The position numbers were made by a program, and so were the translations under genes. Below the pieces are notes generated by a model that was not told where the DNA came from, did not search any database, and saw only the letters and a program-made list of their open reading frames with translations. From Candidatus Merdiplasma excrementigallinarum (GTDB taxonomy: Bacteria > Bacillota > Clostridia > Lachnospirales > Lachnospiraceae), in contig DVOS01000057.1 of the NCBI GenBank assembly GCA_018713435.1, positions 2,450-66,449 on the forward strand: a stretch of DNA of 64,000 bases, written 5' to 3'. Shown one piece after another: positions 27,032 to 37,545 of this stretch (position 1 is its first letter; every line of letters starts with the position of its first letter).

Positions 27032-27960
27032 AATACCATTTTCGCCGCTCCGTATATCCCCGCGTCATTGCCCAGGGTAGCCAGGGCAAAGGCCGCCTGC
27101 CGGCAGGTGGGGAAAGCGTACTCCTGATAATATTTTTCGATAAAGGTAAGCAGGATGGGGCCGGCCTTTGACACGCCGCCGCCGATTACGAACACTTCCG
27201 GGTCCGTAACGCAGGCGTACACAGCCAGCGCTTTTCCCAGGTATCTGCCGAACCGTTCCGCTATGCGGATGGAAAGCTCGTCCCCCTCTTTCACGGAATC
27301 AAACACTGCCTTGGCAGACAGGGGTCTGTTTTTCAGAAGCGTATCCCTCTTCCAGGCAGCCAGTTCTTCCTTTGCCAGCCGCACAATCCCCGTGGCGGAA
27401 GCCACCTGCTCCAGGCAGCCGCAGTTGCCGCAGTTGCAGGGATCCTTTATGGAATCGTCCACATGGGCATGTCCGATCTCTCCCGCCGCTCCGTGGGAGC
27501 CGGCTATGATTTTATCATTTACAATGATGCCTCCCCCCACGCCGGTGCCCAGGGTCACCAGAATCATGTTGTGGTAGCCTACGCCGCCGCCCTTCCACAG
27601 TTCTCCCAGGGCCGCCACGTTGGCGTCATTCCCGGCTTTTACCTTCAGCCCTGTCATGGCTTCCATCTCTTTTACAATATGAACCCGGCCCCAGTGAAGG
27701 TTCACCGCCACCGGCACTTCCCCTTCCTCGCTCACAGGTCCGGGCACTCCGATGCCCACGCCCTCGATCTGGGAGGGATCCAGATGTTTTTCTTTTACCT
27801 TTTCATTGATGGAGGCCGCCACATCCGGCAGAATGTTCTTTCCGTTCTCCTCTGTCCGGGTGGGAATCTCCCACTTTTCCACTGCCTCTCCCTCTGTGGT
27901 AAATAAACCGCATTTTACAGTGGTTCCCCCTACGTCAATGCCAAAACAGTATTTCCCCAT
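27028..27960 (-). CDS. ROK-family glucokinase
   Basis: GIDVGGTTVK ATP-binding motif and the ROK zinc motif CNCGNCGCLE. Confidence 0.88.
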   Translation of the reverse strand: MGKYCFGIDVGGTTVKCGLFTTEGEAVEKWEIPTRTEENGKNILPDVAASINEKVKEKHLDPSQIEGVGIGVPGPVSEEGEVPVAVNLHWGRVHIVKEMEAMTGLKVKAGNDANVAALGELWKGGGVGYHNMILVTLGTGVGGGIIVNDKIIAGSHGAAGEIGHAHVDDSIKDPCNCGNCGCLEQVASATGIVRLAKEELAAWKRDTLLKNRPLSAKAVFDSVKEGDELSIRIAERFGRYLGKALAVYACVTDPEVFVIGGGVSKAGPILLTFIEKYYQEYAFPTCRQAAFALATLGNDAGIYGAAKMVL

Positions 27961-27964
27961 TCTG

Positions 27965-28912
27965 TCAGTCCTCCTCTTTTTTGTTCATGTTCTTCATCAG
28001 ACTGTTCTGCACCCGGTTGTACAGCTCTCTGGCCGCGTTATAGCCCATCTTCTTCTGTCTGTGGTTTACGGCCGCGGATTCCACAATCACTGCCAGGTTC
28101 CGGCCCGGACGGATGGGAAGGGAGTGGCAGACCACCTTGTTCCCGAGGAATTCCGTATACTCCTCCTCCAGTCCCAGACGATCGTACTCTTTATCCCGGT
28201 CCCACTCCTCCAGCTTGATGACCAGGTCAATATTTCCCGTTTCCTTTACGCTCTGCACGCCGAACAGGTTCTTTACATCAATGATGCCGATGCCCCGCAG
28301 TTCGATAAAATGGCGGGTAATATCGGGGGCGGTTCCCACCAGCGTGTCATCGCTGACCTTGCGGATCTCCACCACGTCATCCGTGATCAGCCGGTGTCCT
28401 CTCTTAATCAGTTCCAGGGCCGCCTCGCTCTTTCCGATGCCGCTCTCTCCCATAATCAGGATACCCTCGCCGTACACATCCACCAGAACGCCGTGGATGG
28501 AGATACAGGGCGCCAGCTCCACGTTCAGCCAGCGGATCACCTCCGCCATAAAGGCTGATGTGGCTTTCTTGGTGATAAAGATCGGCACATCATACTTTCG
28601 TGCCAGTTCCACCATGTCCGGATCCGGTTTGGTCATGGTGGTATAGATCAGGCAGGGAATCTGGTAGGACAGCATCTTTTCATATACCGGAATCTTCTCT
28701 TCCCGGGAAAGATGCTCCAGATAGGTATACTCCACATACCCGATTACCTGTACGCGCTCCGCGTCAAAATGATCAAAATATCCGGTAAGCTGCAGAGCCG
28801 GACGGTTTACCTCGTTGGTAATGATCTTCTTTTTGGAAATGTCCATATCCGGCAGCAGATTCTCCAGCTGCATTTTGTCCGCCAGCTTTGATAACGCTAC
28901 GCTATTGCTCAT
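27965..28912 (-). CDS. hprK: HPr kinase/phosphorylase
   Basis: 315 aa. GESGIGKSEAALELIKRGHRLITDD P-loop region. Confidence 0.92.
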   Translation of the reverse strand: MSNSVALSKLADKMQLENLLPDMDISKKKIITNEVNRPALQLTGYFDHFDAERVQVIGYVEYTYLEHLSREEKIPVYEKMLSYQIPCLIYTTMTKPDPDMVELARKYDVPIFITKKATSAFMAEVIRWLNVELAPCISIHGVLVDVYGEGILIMGESGIGKSEAALELIKRGHRLITDDVVEIRKVSDDTLVGTAPDITRHFIELRGIGIIDVKNLFGVQSVKETGNIDLVIKLEEWDRDKEYDRLGLEEEYTEFLGNKVVCHSLPIRPGRNLAVIVESAAVNHRQKKMGYNAARELYNRVQNSLMKNMNKKEED

Positions 28913-28965
28913 ACCCCTTCTCCTTTTTAACTGTTTAAAATACTACGTTTATAGTACCATCCTTT

Positions 28966-30864
28966 TTATGGTTTGTCCACCGAGGATGCGCTCCCGTGGA
29001 AAAATTCCCAGACTGCTCTGGCGCTGGCCGCGTTCATGGACGGAGCCCTGGACAGTTCCTCCTCTGAGGCGTCCCGGACTGCCTCCAGGGACTGGAACGT
29101 CCTCATCAGAGACTTTCTTCTGGCCGGTCCAATTCCTTCTATATCATCCAGAATAGAGTGAACCTGCTCTTTTCCCCGCAGGCTTCTGTGATATTCAATG
29201 GCAAACCGGTGGGCCTCATCCTGTATCCGGGTAATCAGCTTAAAGCCCTCCGACCTGGTATCAATGGGCACTTCCACATTCTGATAATACAGTCCTCTGG
29301 TCCGGTGAAAATCGTCCTTTACCATACCGCAGACAGGAATCTGAAGCCCCAGCTTTTCCATCACTCCCAGGGCCACGTTAACCTGCCCTCTGCCGCCGTC
29401 CATCATGATCAGATCCGGGAAAGCGGAGAAACTCCCCAGCTCCTGATCCATCTGCTTCTCTTTCAGTTCCTGCTGTTCCCGGATGCCGTGGGAAAACCGG
29501 CGGGTCAGCACCTCCTCCAGGCTGGCGTAATCGTCCGGTCCCTGTACGGATTTAATTCTGAATTTCCGGTAATCGCTGCGCTTTGGCTTCCCCCGCTCAA
29601 ACACCACCATGGAGCCTACCGACTCGAAGCCGCTGGTGTTGGAAATATCGTAGGCCTCCACCCGGCTGATGCGGGGAAGATCCAGCCATCCGGCAATCTC
29701 CTTCATGGCGCCGATGGTACGGCCCTCCTCTCTCTTGAGCCGCTCCCGGTCCTGCCCCAGCACAATGGCTGCGTTCTGCCTGGCCAGTTCCACCAGCTTT
29801 TCCTTTGTTCCTTTTTTCGGCACGCGGATATAGACCCGCTGCCCCCGTTTTCCCGAAAGCCACTGCTCCAGCAGTTCATGCTCCTCCACTTCCACTTCCA
29901 GCATCAGCTCTCTGGGGATAAAAGGCGTACCCGAATAAAACTGTTTGATAAAACTGTTCAGAATGGTGGCTTTTTTGTCGTACAGGCCGATCTTCAGGCA
30001 GAAATGGTCCCGGCCGATGAGACGGCCGCCCCGGATAAAGAACACCTGTACCACCGCGTCGGTTCCGTCCGCCGCCACAGCCAGCACATCCTTATCCTCT
30101 CCGTCTCCGCTGGTGATCTTCTGTTTCTGGGCCACCTGCTTCACGCTGTTCCACAGGTCCCTCCAGGCTGCCGCGTCCTCAAATTCCATGCGCTCCGAGG
30201 CTTCTTCCATTCTTTTTTTCAGCATATCCAGCACCGGCCCGTAGCTGCCGTTCAAAAAGTCCAGCGCCTGATTGACGCTCTCCCGGTATTCTTCTTTGCT
30301 GATATATCCCTGACAGGGAGCATCGCACTGTTTAATATGATAGTTCAGGCAGGGCCTGTCAGTTCCGATCTCCTTAGGCAGACTCCGGCTGCAGCTTCGG
30401 ATCCTGTAAAGCTTCCGGATCAGATCAATGGTATCTTTTACAGCGCCGGCGCTGGAATAGGGGCCGAAATACCTGGATTTATCCTTTTTCATGGTCCTGG
30501 AAAACAGGACCCGGGGATATTCCTCCCCCACCGTCACTTTAATAAACGGATAGGTCTTGTCATCCTTCAGCATGGTATTGTACTTGGGCCGGTGTTCCTT
30601 GATCAGATTGCACTCCAGCACAAGAGCTTCCAGTTCCGAATCCGTTACGATATACTCAAACCGGCGGATCCTGGTCACCATCTGCTCAATCTTGGGGCCC
30701 TTGTTCCGGCTGCTCTGAAAGTACTGGCGCACCCGGTTGCGCAGGCTCACCGCTTTTCCCACATAGATAATGGCGTCGCTGGCATCGTGCATCAAATACA
30801 CGCCGGGTCTGGCCGGCAGCTTTTTCAGTTCTTCCTCAATCTGAAAATTTGAATCTGTACTCAT
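28966..30864 (-). CDS. uvrC: Excinuclease ABC subunit C
   Basis: GIY-YIG N-terminus ([19 protein letters not shown]), a UvrBC-interaction region and a C-terminal HhH. ATG at 30864 preferred over the TTG at 30879. Confidence 0.93.
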   Translation of the reverse strand: MSTDSNFQIEEELKKLPARPGVYLMHDASDAIIYVGKAVSLRNRVRQYFQSSRNKGPKIEQMVTRIRRFEYIVTDSELEALVLECNLIKEHRPKYNTMLKDDKTYPFIKVTVGEEYPRVLFSRTMKKDKSRYFGPYSSAGAVKDTIDLIRKLYRIRSCSRSLPKEIGTDRPCLNYHIKQCDAPCQGYISKEEYRESVNQALDFLNGSYGPVLDMLKKRMEEASERMEFEDAAAWRDLWNSVKQVAQKQKITSGDGEDKDVLAVAADGTDAVVQVFFIRGGRLIGRDHFCLKIGLYDKKATILNSFIKQFYSGTPFIPRELMLEVEVEEHELLEQWLSGKRGQRVYIRVPKKGTKEKLVELARQNAAIVLGQDRERLKREEGRTIGAMKEIAGWLDLPRISRVEAYDISNTSGFESVGSMVVFERGKPKRSDYRKFRIKSVQGPDDYASLEEVLTRRFSHGIREQQELKEKQMDQELGSFSAFPDLIMMDGGRGQVNVALGVMEKLGLQIPVCGMVKDDFHRTRGLYYQNVEVPIDTRSEGFKLITRIQDEAHRFAIEYHRSLRGKEQVHSILDDIEGIGPARRKSLMRTFQSLEAVRDASEEELSRAPSMNAASARAVWEFFHGSASSVDKP

Positions 30865-30904
30865 AGTTTCCCCCGACAAAACAAAGGTTTTTCTGTGAAA
30901 AAAG

Positions 30905-30957
30905 AAGGGAATGCTGCTCCATCATGAATTTCATGATTTTGCGACACCCCCTCCCGG
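30905..30957. repeat. Palindromic intergenic repeat, copy 2 (more degenerate)
   Basis: gggaATGCTGCTCCATCATGAATTTCATGATTTTGCGACACCCCCTCCC shares the atcatgaa t ttcatgat core and the tgctgc arm with copies 1 and 3. Lies between the uvrC start and the end of the upstream membrane-protein gene. Confidence 0.6.
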
Positions 30958-30991
30958 TTTGTCTTTCTTATCGGAATTCTCCGCTTACAGC

Positions 30992-31672
30992 TCAGTAAAT
31001 CCTGCGCAGATATCCCTTCTCGTACCGCTCCTCTTCGCCCTGGAACAGGTGCTGGCAAAAAACCTGCACGGCCACGCTCATCAGAACGCCCAGCGATACA
31101 TCCACCACGGAATGCTGTTTCAGGAACATGGTGGACAGGATAATCAGCAGAGTCAGGATTCCGGCTCCTGCCGGCACCGCCTTCTTCTTTCTCAGTTCAC
31201 TGTTCCCGCAGATGGCATAAAACATGGCCAGCGAGTTGAACACATGAATGCTGGGAAGAATATTGGTGGGCGTATCCGTCTGGTACAGGATCTGCACCAT
31301 GCGGGTGAAAACATTGTCCCGGGCAAATACCGTGGGCCGCAGAGTCTGCATATTGGGATAAATGCAGCTCACAACCAGGAAAATCGTCATGCCGATGGCC
31401 AGCACGGACACCAGCTGATAATACTCCCTCCGGTTCCTGCACTTGATGATAAACCAGCACAGTCCCACCGCTATGTAGAAAAACCAGAGCAGGTAGGGAA
31501 TGATAAAATATTCGCAGAACGGAATCTTATCATCCAGCCAGCTGTGTATCACATGGTAATGTCTGTGCTCCGCATGCTCCAGAATATAAAATCCCAGCAG
31601 ATAAAACAGCATATAGGATATAATCCAGAGACTGTGTTTGTATTTCAGCGCAAATTCTTTTATTGTTTTCAT
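30992..31672 (-). CDS. PAP2-superfamily-like integral membrane phosphatase/transferase
   Basis: Start at MKTIKEFALKY (GGGGAGG upstream). PSIHVFNS and HSVVDVSLG resemble PAP2 motifs 2 and 3. Family call from memory. Confidence 0.6.
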   Translation of the reverse strand: MKTIKEFALKYKHSLWIISYMLFYLLGFYILEHAEHRHYHVIHSWLDDKIPFCEYFIIPYLLWFFYIAVGLCWFIIKCRNRREYYQLVSVLAIGMTIFLVVSCIYPNMQTLRPTVFARDNVFTRMVQILYQTDTPTNILPSIHVFNSLAMFYAICGNSELRKKKAVPAGAGILTLLIILSTMFLKQHSVVDVSLGVLMSVAVQVFCQHLFQGEEERYEKGYLRRIY

Positions 31673-31808
31673 GAATCCTCCCCTGCTCATCTCAACAATA
31701 TCAAACTGCTTCTTTCTACGTTTTTTTCTTCCAGACGTTAATTTTATCACGTTTCCCCTTAATTTCAATCAGCATTCTTCCGAAATTTCCGTCGGCTGCG
31801 GCATTTTT

Positions 31809-33845
31809 TTAATCTGATTGCATAGAGGGATCGCCCTGCGGCTCCTGTGCCCGGTCCGGCTCCTCGTCTGCTGCCGCTTCCGCTTCCGGTTCCGCTCCGG
31901 CTTCTGTCTTTTCCTTCACTCTTCCCTCATTTTCATTTTCTTCTTCCCGGGTTCCCTCTACCCGATGGAAGATATCCATAAATTCCTTTCCTGTGATGGT
32001 TTCCCGCTCGATCAGGAACTTGGCGATCTGGTCAAGGGTATTTCTGTGCTCGGACAGCAGCCGCTTGGCCTCCTCATAGGACTCCTTCAGCACCCGCATC
32101 ACTTCCTGATCCACCTCAGCCGCCGTCACGTCACTGCAGTTGAGTACGGTTCTGCCGTTGTCCAGATACTGGTTGGCCGGGCTCTCCAGTCCCATAAGGC
32201 CGAATTTCTCCGACATGCCGTACTGGGTGATCATAGCCCTGGCAATCCGGGTCGCCTTTTCAATATCATTGGCCGCTCCCGTGGTGACGGTGTCAAACAC
32301 CAGCTCCTCCGCGGCCCGGCCGGCCACAAATTCCACCAGCATGGCCCGGATCTCTTTTTCGGTGTTCAGAAACTTCTCTTCCTCCGGTACGTTCATCACA
32401 TAGCCCAAGGCTCCCATGGTCCGGGGCACAATGGTAATCTTCTGCACCGGCTCCGAATCCTTCTGCAGAGCGCTCACCAGAGCGTGGCCCACCTCATGGT
32501 AGGACACGATGCGGCGTTCCTCGGCGCTGAGCACCCGGTCCTTTTTCTCCTTACCCACCAGCACAATCTCCACAGACTCAAACAGGTCTGCCTGGGAAAC
32601 CACGCTTCTTCCCTTTTTCACAGCCAGAATGGCCGCTTCGTTGATCATGTTGGCCAGGTCGGATCCCACTGCTCCGGAGGTGGCCAGGGCGATGGCTTCC
32701 AGATCCACGGTCTCGTCCATGCGCACATTTTTCGCATGAACCTTCAGCACGTCGATCCTTCCCTTCAGATCCGGCTTATCCACAATCACCCGCCGGTCGA
32801 AACGGCCGGGACGAAGCAGCGCCTGGTCCAGCACTTCCGGCCGGTTGGTGGCGGCCAGAATCAGCAGTCCCTTGGAGGTGTCAAAGCCGTCCATCTCCGC
32901 CAGCAGCTGGTTCAGGGTCTGTTCCCGCTCATCGTTTCCTCCGCCGTAACGGCTGTCACGGCTTTTTCCGATGGCGTCGATCTCATCAATAAAAATAATG
33001 CAGGGAGCGTTTTTCTTGGCTTCCTCAAAAAGGTCCCGCACCCGGGAAGCGCCTACGCCCACAAACATCTCCACAAAATCTGAGCCTGACAGGGAAAAGA
33101 AGGGGCATTTGGCCTCCCCCGCCACCGCCTTTGCCAGAAGGGTTTTTCCCGTTCCGGGAGGTCCTACCAGCAGGGCTCCTTTGGGCAGCTTGGCGCCGAT
33201 CTTTGTGTACTTGGCCGGGTTCTCCAGGAAATCCACTACTTCCTGCAGGGACTCCTTCGCCTCGTCCTGTCCCGCCACATCCGCGAAGGTGACGCCGGTC
33301 TCCTTCTGCACGTATACCTTGGCTTTGCTCTTGCCCACGCCCATCACGCCTCCGCCGGAGGACATTCTGCGCATCACCACGCCCAGCAGGATCCAGATCA
33401 GGATCAGGGGAGCAAAGGACAGCACCACATTCAGAATCAGGTTCGTGGTGGTATCGGGTATCTCCTGGTAAAACTCCACGCCTGCCTCTTCCAGACGGCT
33501 CACCAGCTCCGGGTCATCAAAATGTCCGGAGTATCCGGTATAATAGGAAATCTCCACGCCGCTGTCGGAGAAGGGCTGAATCTTGGGGATGATGGTCAGG
33601 GTGTTTTCCCCGAAAACAACCTGATCCACCAGGCCTTCATCCACCATCTCCAGGAAATCATTGTAGGTAATCTCCTTGGAGGTGGTATCCTGCATCATAT
33701 TGTTAAACAGGCTCATGATCACCAGCGTGACCAGGGTAACAACCAGAAAAATCATAATCGTGGAATGATTCTTCTGGCCATTCGGGCCGCCGCTGCCGTT
33801 ATTGCCGTTTCTGCCGGGCCCGCTGTTATTTTGATTATTCTCCAT
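31809..33845 (-). CDS. ftsH: ATP-dependent zinc metalloprotease FtsH
   Basis: 678 aa. Walker [14 protein letters not shown] and zinc motif HEVGHAL. Acidic C-terminal tail. Confidence 0.95.
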   Translation of the reverse strand: MENNQNNSGPGRNGNNGSGGPNGQKNHSTIMIFLVVTLVTLVIMSLFNNMMQDTTSKEITYNDFLEMVDEGLVDQVVFGENTLTIIPKIQPFSDSGVEISYYTGYSGHFDDPELVSRLEEAGVEFYQEIPDTTTNLILNVVLSFAPLILIWILLGVVMRRMSSGGGVMGVGKSKAKVYVQKETGVTFADVAGQDEAKESLQEVVDFLENPAKYTKIGAKLPKGALLVGPPGTGKTLLAKAVAGEAKCPFFSLSGSDFVEMFVGVGASRVRDLFEEAKKNAPCIIFIDEIDAIGKSRDSRYGGGNDEREQTLNQLLAEMDGFDTSKGLLILAATNRPEVLDQALLRPGRFDRRVIVDKPDLKGRIDVLKVHAKNVRMDETVDLEAIALATSGAVGSDLANMINEAAILAVKKGRSVVSQADLFESVEIVLVGKEKKDRVLSAEERRIVSYHEVGHALVSALQKDSEPVQKITIVPRTMGALGYVMNVPEEEKFLNTEKEIRAMLVEFVAGRAAEELVFDTVTTGAANDIEKATRIARAMITQYGMSEKFGLMGLESPANQYLDNGRTVLNCSDVTAAEVDQEVMRVLKESYEEAKRLLSEHRNTLDQIAKFLIERETITGKEFMDIFHRVEGTREEENENEGRVKEKTEAGAEPEAEAAADEEPDRAQEPQGDPSMQSD

Positions 33846-33951
33846 TTTTTCCTCCTCATGTCTGCGCGGATTCCCCGCGCTAAAATGCCCCTCTTGCGCT
33901 TTCCCGCCGGCAGACCGCCGCCCGGTTCGTCACTGCGGGCATCTTCTTTTC

Positions 33952-33980
33952 ATTATAAATATACGTTTTCCATAAATCAA
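33952..33980 (-). promoter_or_regulatory. Candidate ftsH promoter
   Basis: On the minus strand: TTGATT, a 17-nt spacer, then TATAAT. Located about 105 nt upstream of the ftsH ATG. Confidence 0.5.
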
Positions 33981-34057
33981 TACTTCAAAAAAAAATAAAT
34001 TCTAAATGTTTTCTTAAATTCCGAAAAAAAAGGATGGATTTTTCCTCCCCCCAGGGG

Positions 34058-34299
34058 TATAATGTTTTTTTTAGTTCAGCGCATCGGCGAAATAGGAAAA
34101 CAGCCCTGTGCACTCGTGCACAGAGGGCTGTTGAACTATTTTGGAGGGGGCGGAACGCCCCCGGAGCCGCAAACAGGAGCTGCGCCAGCAGCGGACGCCT
34201 TCGTCAGAAGGCGGTTTGCGGCCCGATGCGCGTCAGAAGCGCAGAAAGGGCTGCGCCAGCAGCCCGATGCGCAAAAAGTTTGAAAAGGAGGAGTGTTCT
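34058..34299 (+). promoter_or_regulatory. pyrG promoter (-10 TATAAT at 34058) and a structured, repeat-containing 5' leader of about 235 nt
   Basis: TATAAT at 34058..34063. Hairpin cagccctgtgcac / gtgcacagagggctg at 34101..34130. GGGGGCG gaa CGCCCCC at about 34146..34162. Duplicated gctgcgccagcagc, cccgatgcgc and cgtcagaag segments. Confidence 0.45.
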
Positions 34300-35922
34300 A
34301 TGGCAGTAAAGTACGTTTTTGTAACCGGAGGCGTGGTATCCGGTCTTGGCAAAGGCATCACAGCCGCCTCTTTAGGCCGGCTTCTGAAGGCCAGAGGCTA
34401 CCGGGTTACCATGCAGAAATTTGACCCCTACATCAATATTGATCCAGGTACTATGAATCCCATTCAGCACGGCGAAGTATTTGTCACGGATGACGGAGCG
34501 GAGACAGATCTGGATCTGGGACATTATGAACGTTTTATTGATGAGAGTCTGACCAAAAACTCCAATGTAACCACCGGAAAAATCTACTGGTCTGTGCTTC
34601 ACAAGGAGCGCCGGGGCGATTACGGCGGCGGCACGGTACAGGTGATCCCTCATATCACCAATGAGATCAAGGGCCGCTTTCACCGGGACTACTCCTCTGA
34701 CGATACCAGCATCGCCATTATTGAGGTAGGCGGCACAGTGGGCGATATAGAAAGCCAGCCCTTCCTGGAGGCCATTCGCCAGTTTCAGCACGAAGTGGGG
34801 CATGAAAATGCCATTCTGATTCATGTTACGCTGATCCCCTATCTGAAGGCTTCCGGCGAAATGAAAACCAAACCCACCCAGGCCAGCGTAAAAGAGCTGC
34901 AGGGCATGGGCATTTGGCCGGATATCATTGTCTGCCGGTCTGAATATCCCCTGGGACAGCAGCTGAAGGATAAAATTGCCCTTTTCTGCAATGTGCCAAG
35001 CAGCCATGTTCTCCAGAATCTGGATGTGGAGTACCTGTACGAGGCGCCTCTGGCTATGGAGCAGGAGCGTCTGGCCCAGGTAGCCTGCGAATGCCTCCAT
35101 CTGGACTGCCCCCAGCCGGATCTGTCAGACTGGACCGCCATGGTGGACGCCCTGCGCCATCCCACCCGGGATGTAACCGTGGCTCTGGTGGGAAAATACA
35201 CCCAGCTCCACGATGCCTATATCAGCGTAGTGGAGGCCTTAAAGCACGGCGGCATTGCGCAAAGATCCACGGTGTCCATCCGCTGGATTGATTCAGAGAC
35301 GGTCACGGAAGAAAATGTGCATGAAATGCTGGCAGGCGCAGACGGCATTCTGGTTCCCGGAGGCTTCGGAGACCGGGGCATCGAAGGGATGATTTCGGCC
35401 ATCCGCTATGCCAGAGAGCATCAAATTCCTTTCCTGGGCCTGTGCCTGGGCATGCAGCTGTCCATCGTGGAATATGCCCGCCATGTGCTGGGATACGCGG
35501 ACGCCCACAGCATTGAGCTGGATCCCGGAACCACCCATCCGGTCATTTCCCTCATGCCGGATCAGAACGGCGTGGAAGACATCGGCGGCACCCTGCGCCT
35601 TGGCTCTTATCCCTGCGTGCTCCAGGAAGGTTCCAGAGCCTGGCAGCTCTACGGCAGGGACCGGATTGAAGAACGGCACCGGCACCGCTACGAGGTGAAC
35701 AACGATTTCCGGAAGGCCCTCACCGATCACGGCATGGTTCTCTCCGGCCTGTCTCCCGACGGCCGGATTGTGGAAATGATCGAGCTTCCAAACCATCCCT
35801 TCTTCATCGGCACCCAGGCCCACCCGGAGCTGAAGTCCCGGCCCAACCGTCCCCATCCTCTGTTCAGGGGATTTGTGGAGGCGGCTCTGGAACAGCAGGA
35901 CAAAAATTCCAGTTTAAACTGA
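34300..35922 (+). CDS. pyrG: CTP synthase
   Basis: Start trimmed to [19 protein letters not shown] (GGAGGAG upstream). Glutamine amidotransferase motif GLCLGMQ. Confidence 0.95.
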   Translation: MAVKYVFVTGGVVSGLGKGITAASLGRLLKARGYRVTMQKFDPYINIDPGTMNPIQHGEVFVTDDGAETDLDLGHYERFIDESLTKNSNVTTGKIYWSVLHKERRGDYGGGTVQVIPHITNEIKGRFHRDYSSDDTSIAIIEVGGTVGDIESQPFLEAIRQFQHEVGHENAILIHVTLIPYLKASGEMKTKPTQASVKELQGMGIWPDIIVCRSEYPLGQQLKDKIALFCNVPSSHVLQNLDVEYLYEAPLAMEQERLAQVACECLHLDCPQPDLSDWTAMVDALRHPTRDVTVALVGKYTQLHDAYISVVEALKHGGIAQRSTVSIRWIDSETVTEENVHEMLAGADGILVPGGFGDRGIEGMISAIRYAREHQIPFLGLCLGMQLSIVEYARHVLGYADAHSIELDPGTTHPVISLMPDQNGVEDIGGTLRLGSYPCVLQEGSRAWQLYGRDRIEERHRHRYEVNNDFRKALTDHGMVLSGLSPDGRIVEMIELPNHPFFIGTQAHPELKSRPNRPHPLFRGFVEAALEQQDKNSSLN

Positions 35923-35935
35923 AATACCCTATAAC

Positions 35936-35983
35936 AGCGGATGCAGCAAAATCATCAAATCTGATCATTTTGCTGCATCCGCT
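35936..35983. terminator. Long hairpin between the convergent pyrG and hipA-like genes (probable terminator)
   Basis: agcggatgcagcaaaatcatc / gatcattttgctgcatccgct form a stem of about 20 bp with one mismatch. The T-tract is weak. Confidence 0.5.
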
Positions 35984-36076
35984 TCATTTCTGCATACTCT
36001 ATTCCTGACAATTACAACCCCAGTCTGTCAACCTGCCATGCCCCACCAGATCGGATACTAAAATGCAAGCTATCTT

Positions 36077-36982
36077 TCAACAACTTTCTGTTTGACCTGC
36101 AGCCTGTTCATAAGCGGGCAGAAGAAGTTTTTCCCATCTTGCTTGGATATAATTCTGATAAAATGTGCGCTGCAGATTGGAGAGATAGGGAACATCTTCC
36201 AAAAAATCCCGGATCATATCCATTCGGATTCCTGGCACAATTCGCAATAATGCCTTACTGCAGTCCTCATACTGTCCTTCCATAAGGAAATCATAGTAAT
36301 GGATTTTTCTTCCCTGCTCCTTGACGGCGGATGTAGGAAATTGGAAAATCCGTGCATTCATCTCATTCTCATCTCGCAGGACTCGTTCCATAACAGCCTC
36401 ATCTGCCTGGGGCAGCAGACAGCTCCCACAGTCAAAGACCGGCGCAATCTCTGCGTTTTGGGAAAACGGATCATATAAAAATCCCCAGTTTCCATTATGC
36501 CTGTCAAAATTGCCTAAAAAAGCATCCACCACAAATACATTCCAAAAATGATCTTTCAGCATGACAGGATTGACAAACTGCTGTTTTTCTATGCTCTCCA
36601 TAATATCAGACAATTCTGTGCCTGTGCCTCCATGATCTGAATCCAAAATTGTGTTTTTAATGGAGCAAAAATCATACAGAATTTTCCCGTCTGCTGTAAA
36701 ATCTTTACAGGCACAGACTACCTTGGTTTTTCCTGTCACCTGAAACGTACCGAGCAGTGTTTCCTGTGCCCGGATACCGAGCATACGGAAAATACTGCTT
36801 GCGATATGCTCGCTGAAACAACTGTTTGTATAAGACAAATCTGTTGGCTTATTTTCCGCAGAGGGTGGAAATTTAAGCATATAAACTGCGCCTGCATATT
36901 CTACAGCAATCTTTTTTCCATTGGCTCCATTATAGGCTTTACCTAAAATGCGCCTGCATTTTGTAAAGTCAATGCGCTCCAT
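36077..36982 (-). CDS. HipA-family Ser/Thr kinase, short form (candidate toxin)
   Basis: Catalytic GNFDRHNGNWGF and Mg-binding IAPVFDCGS motifs. Start chosen at MERIDFTKC (ATG 36982, GGAGGTGG upstream). The track start at 37081 would overlap the XRE gene by 113 nt. Confidence 0.75.
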   Translation of the reverse strand: MERIDFTKCRRILGKAYNGANGKKIAVEYAGAVYMLKFPPSAENKPTDLSYTNSCFSEHIASSIFRMLGIRAQETLLGTFQVTGKTKVVCACKDFTADGKILYDFCSIKNTILDSDHGGTGTELSDIMESIEKQQFVNPVMLKDHFWNVFVVDAFLGNFDRHNGNWGFLYDPFSQNAEIAPVFDCGSCLLPQADEAVMERVLRDENEMNARIFQFPTSAVKEQGRKIHYYDFLMEGQYEDCSKALLRIVPGIRMDMIRDFLEDVPYLSNLQRTFYQNYIQARWEKLLLPAYEQAAGQTESC

Positions 36983-37427
36983 CTGTATTTCCACCTCCCC
37001 ATAAATATTTTTGTCTGAGATAATCAGCGTGTTCCGGCGTGATTGCGCCATCACTGATTTCCGCCATGTTGATACTGCCATACAGTTCTCCCCACAGACA
37101 ATCTATCAGAGAAGAACCGTTTTTCAATCCTTCCTTAAAAGCGTCCAGATCACTCTGGAGGTATTCCGGCAGTCCATACTCATAAGATTTCTCCCGAAGT
37201 TCCTCTCCGGAAGACTTCGACTTAAATGCGTCCTCCACCAATGTTTCCATGGATACGCCAAGCGCTTTGGCCAGTTTGTAAATGGTTTCCACAGAACATT
37301 TTCCAATGCTGGTTTTCCCATTGCATAATTCACTGAGCGTAGCGTGTGGAACGCCGCTCAAGACGGAAAGCCGATATTTCGTCAGTCCCTTTTCCTGTAG
37401 TAACTTATTGATTTCCATTATCATCAC
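36969..37427 (-). CDS. XRE-family HTH protein with an approx 85-aa C-terminal extension (candidate HipB-like antitoxin)
   Basis: LTKYRLSVLSGVPHATLSELCNGKTSIGKCSVETIYKLAKALGVSMETL is an XRE/Cro-type HTH. The true start may be the MEINKL ATG at 37418. Confidence 0.8.
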   Translation of the reverse strand: MMIMEINKLLQEKGLTKYRLSVLSGVPHATLSELCNGKTSIGKCSVETIYKLAKALGVSMETLVEDAFKSKSSGEELREKSYEYGLPEYLQSDLDAFKEGLKNGSSLIDCLWGELYGSINMAEISDGAITPEHADYLRQKYLWGGGNTDGAH

Positions 37428-37545
37428 CCACCCTCATTATATCGGTATGGCGAAATGAAATCAAGGTCTGCCTCCGACTTCCTTCAGACCCCACCTCACG
37501 ATGACGCCCTTGTCATTGGCTGCACCCTTCCCACTGCCGTGCGCA

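Noticed and set aside
25361-27127. 588-aa plus-strand ORF
   Set aside because: It is antisense to the radical SAM gene, which has clear CxxxCxxC and B12-domain motifs. The shadow ORF has no motifs or RBS.
29158-30852. 564-aa plus-strand ORF
   Set aside because: It is antisense to uvrC, whose identity is unambiguous.
34141-34299. 53-codon N-terminal extension of pyrG in the ORF track (TTG start), plus overlapping ORFs at 34034 and 34062
   Set aside because: The universally conserved CTP synthase N-terminus begins at [11 protein letters not shown], with a GGAGGAG RBS directly upstream. The extension is Arg-rich leader sequence with hairpins.
36969-37081. 113-nt overlap between the HipA-like ORF (track start 37081) and the XRE gene
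   Set aside because: An internal ATG at 36982 has a GGAGGTGG RBS and gives a conventional short overlap. The upstream 33 codons are probably not translated.
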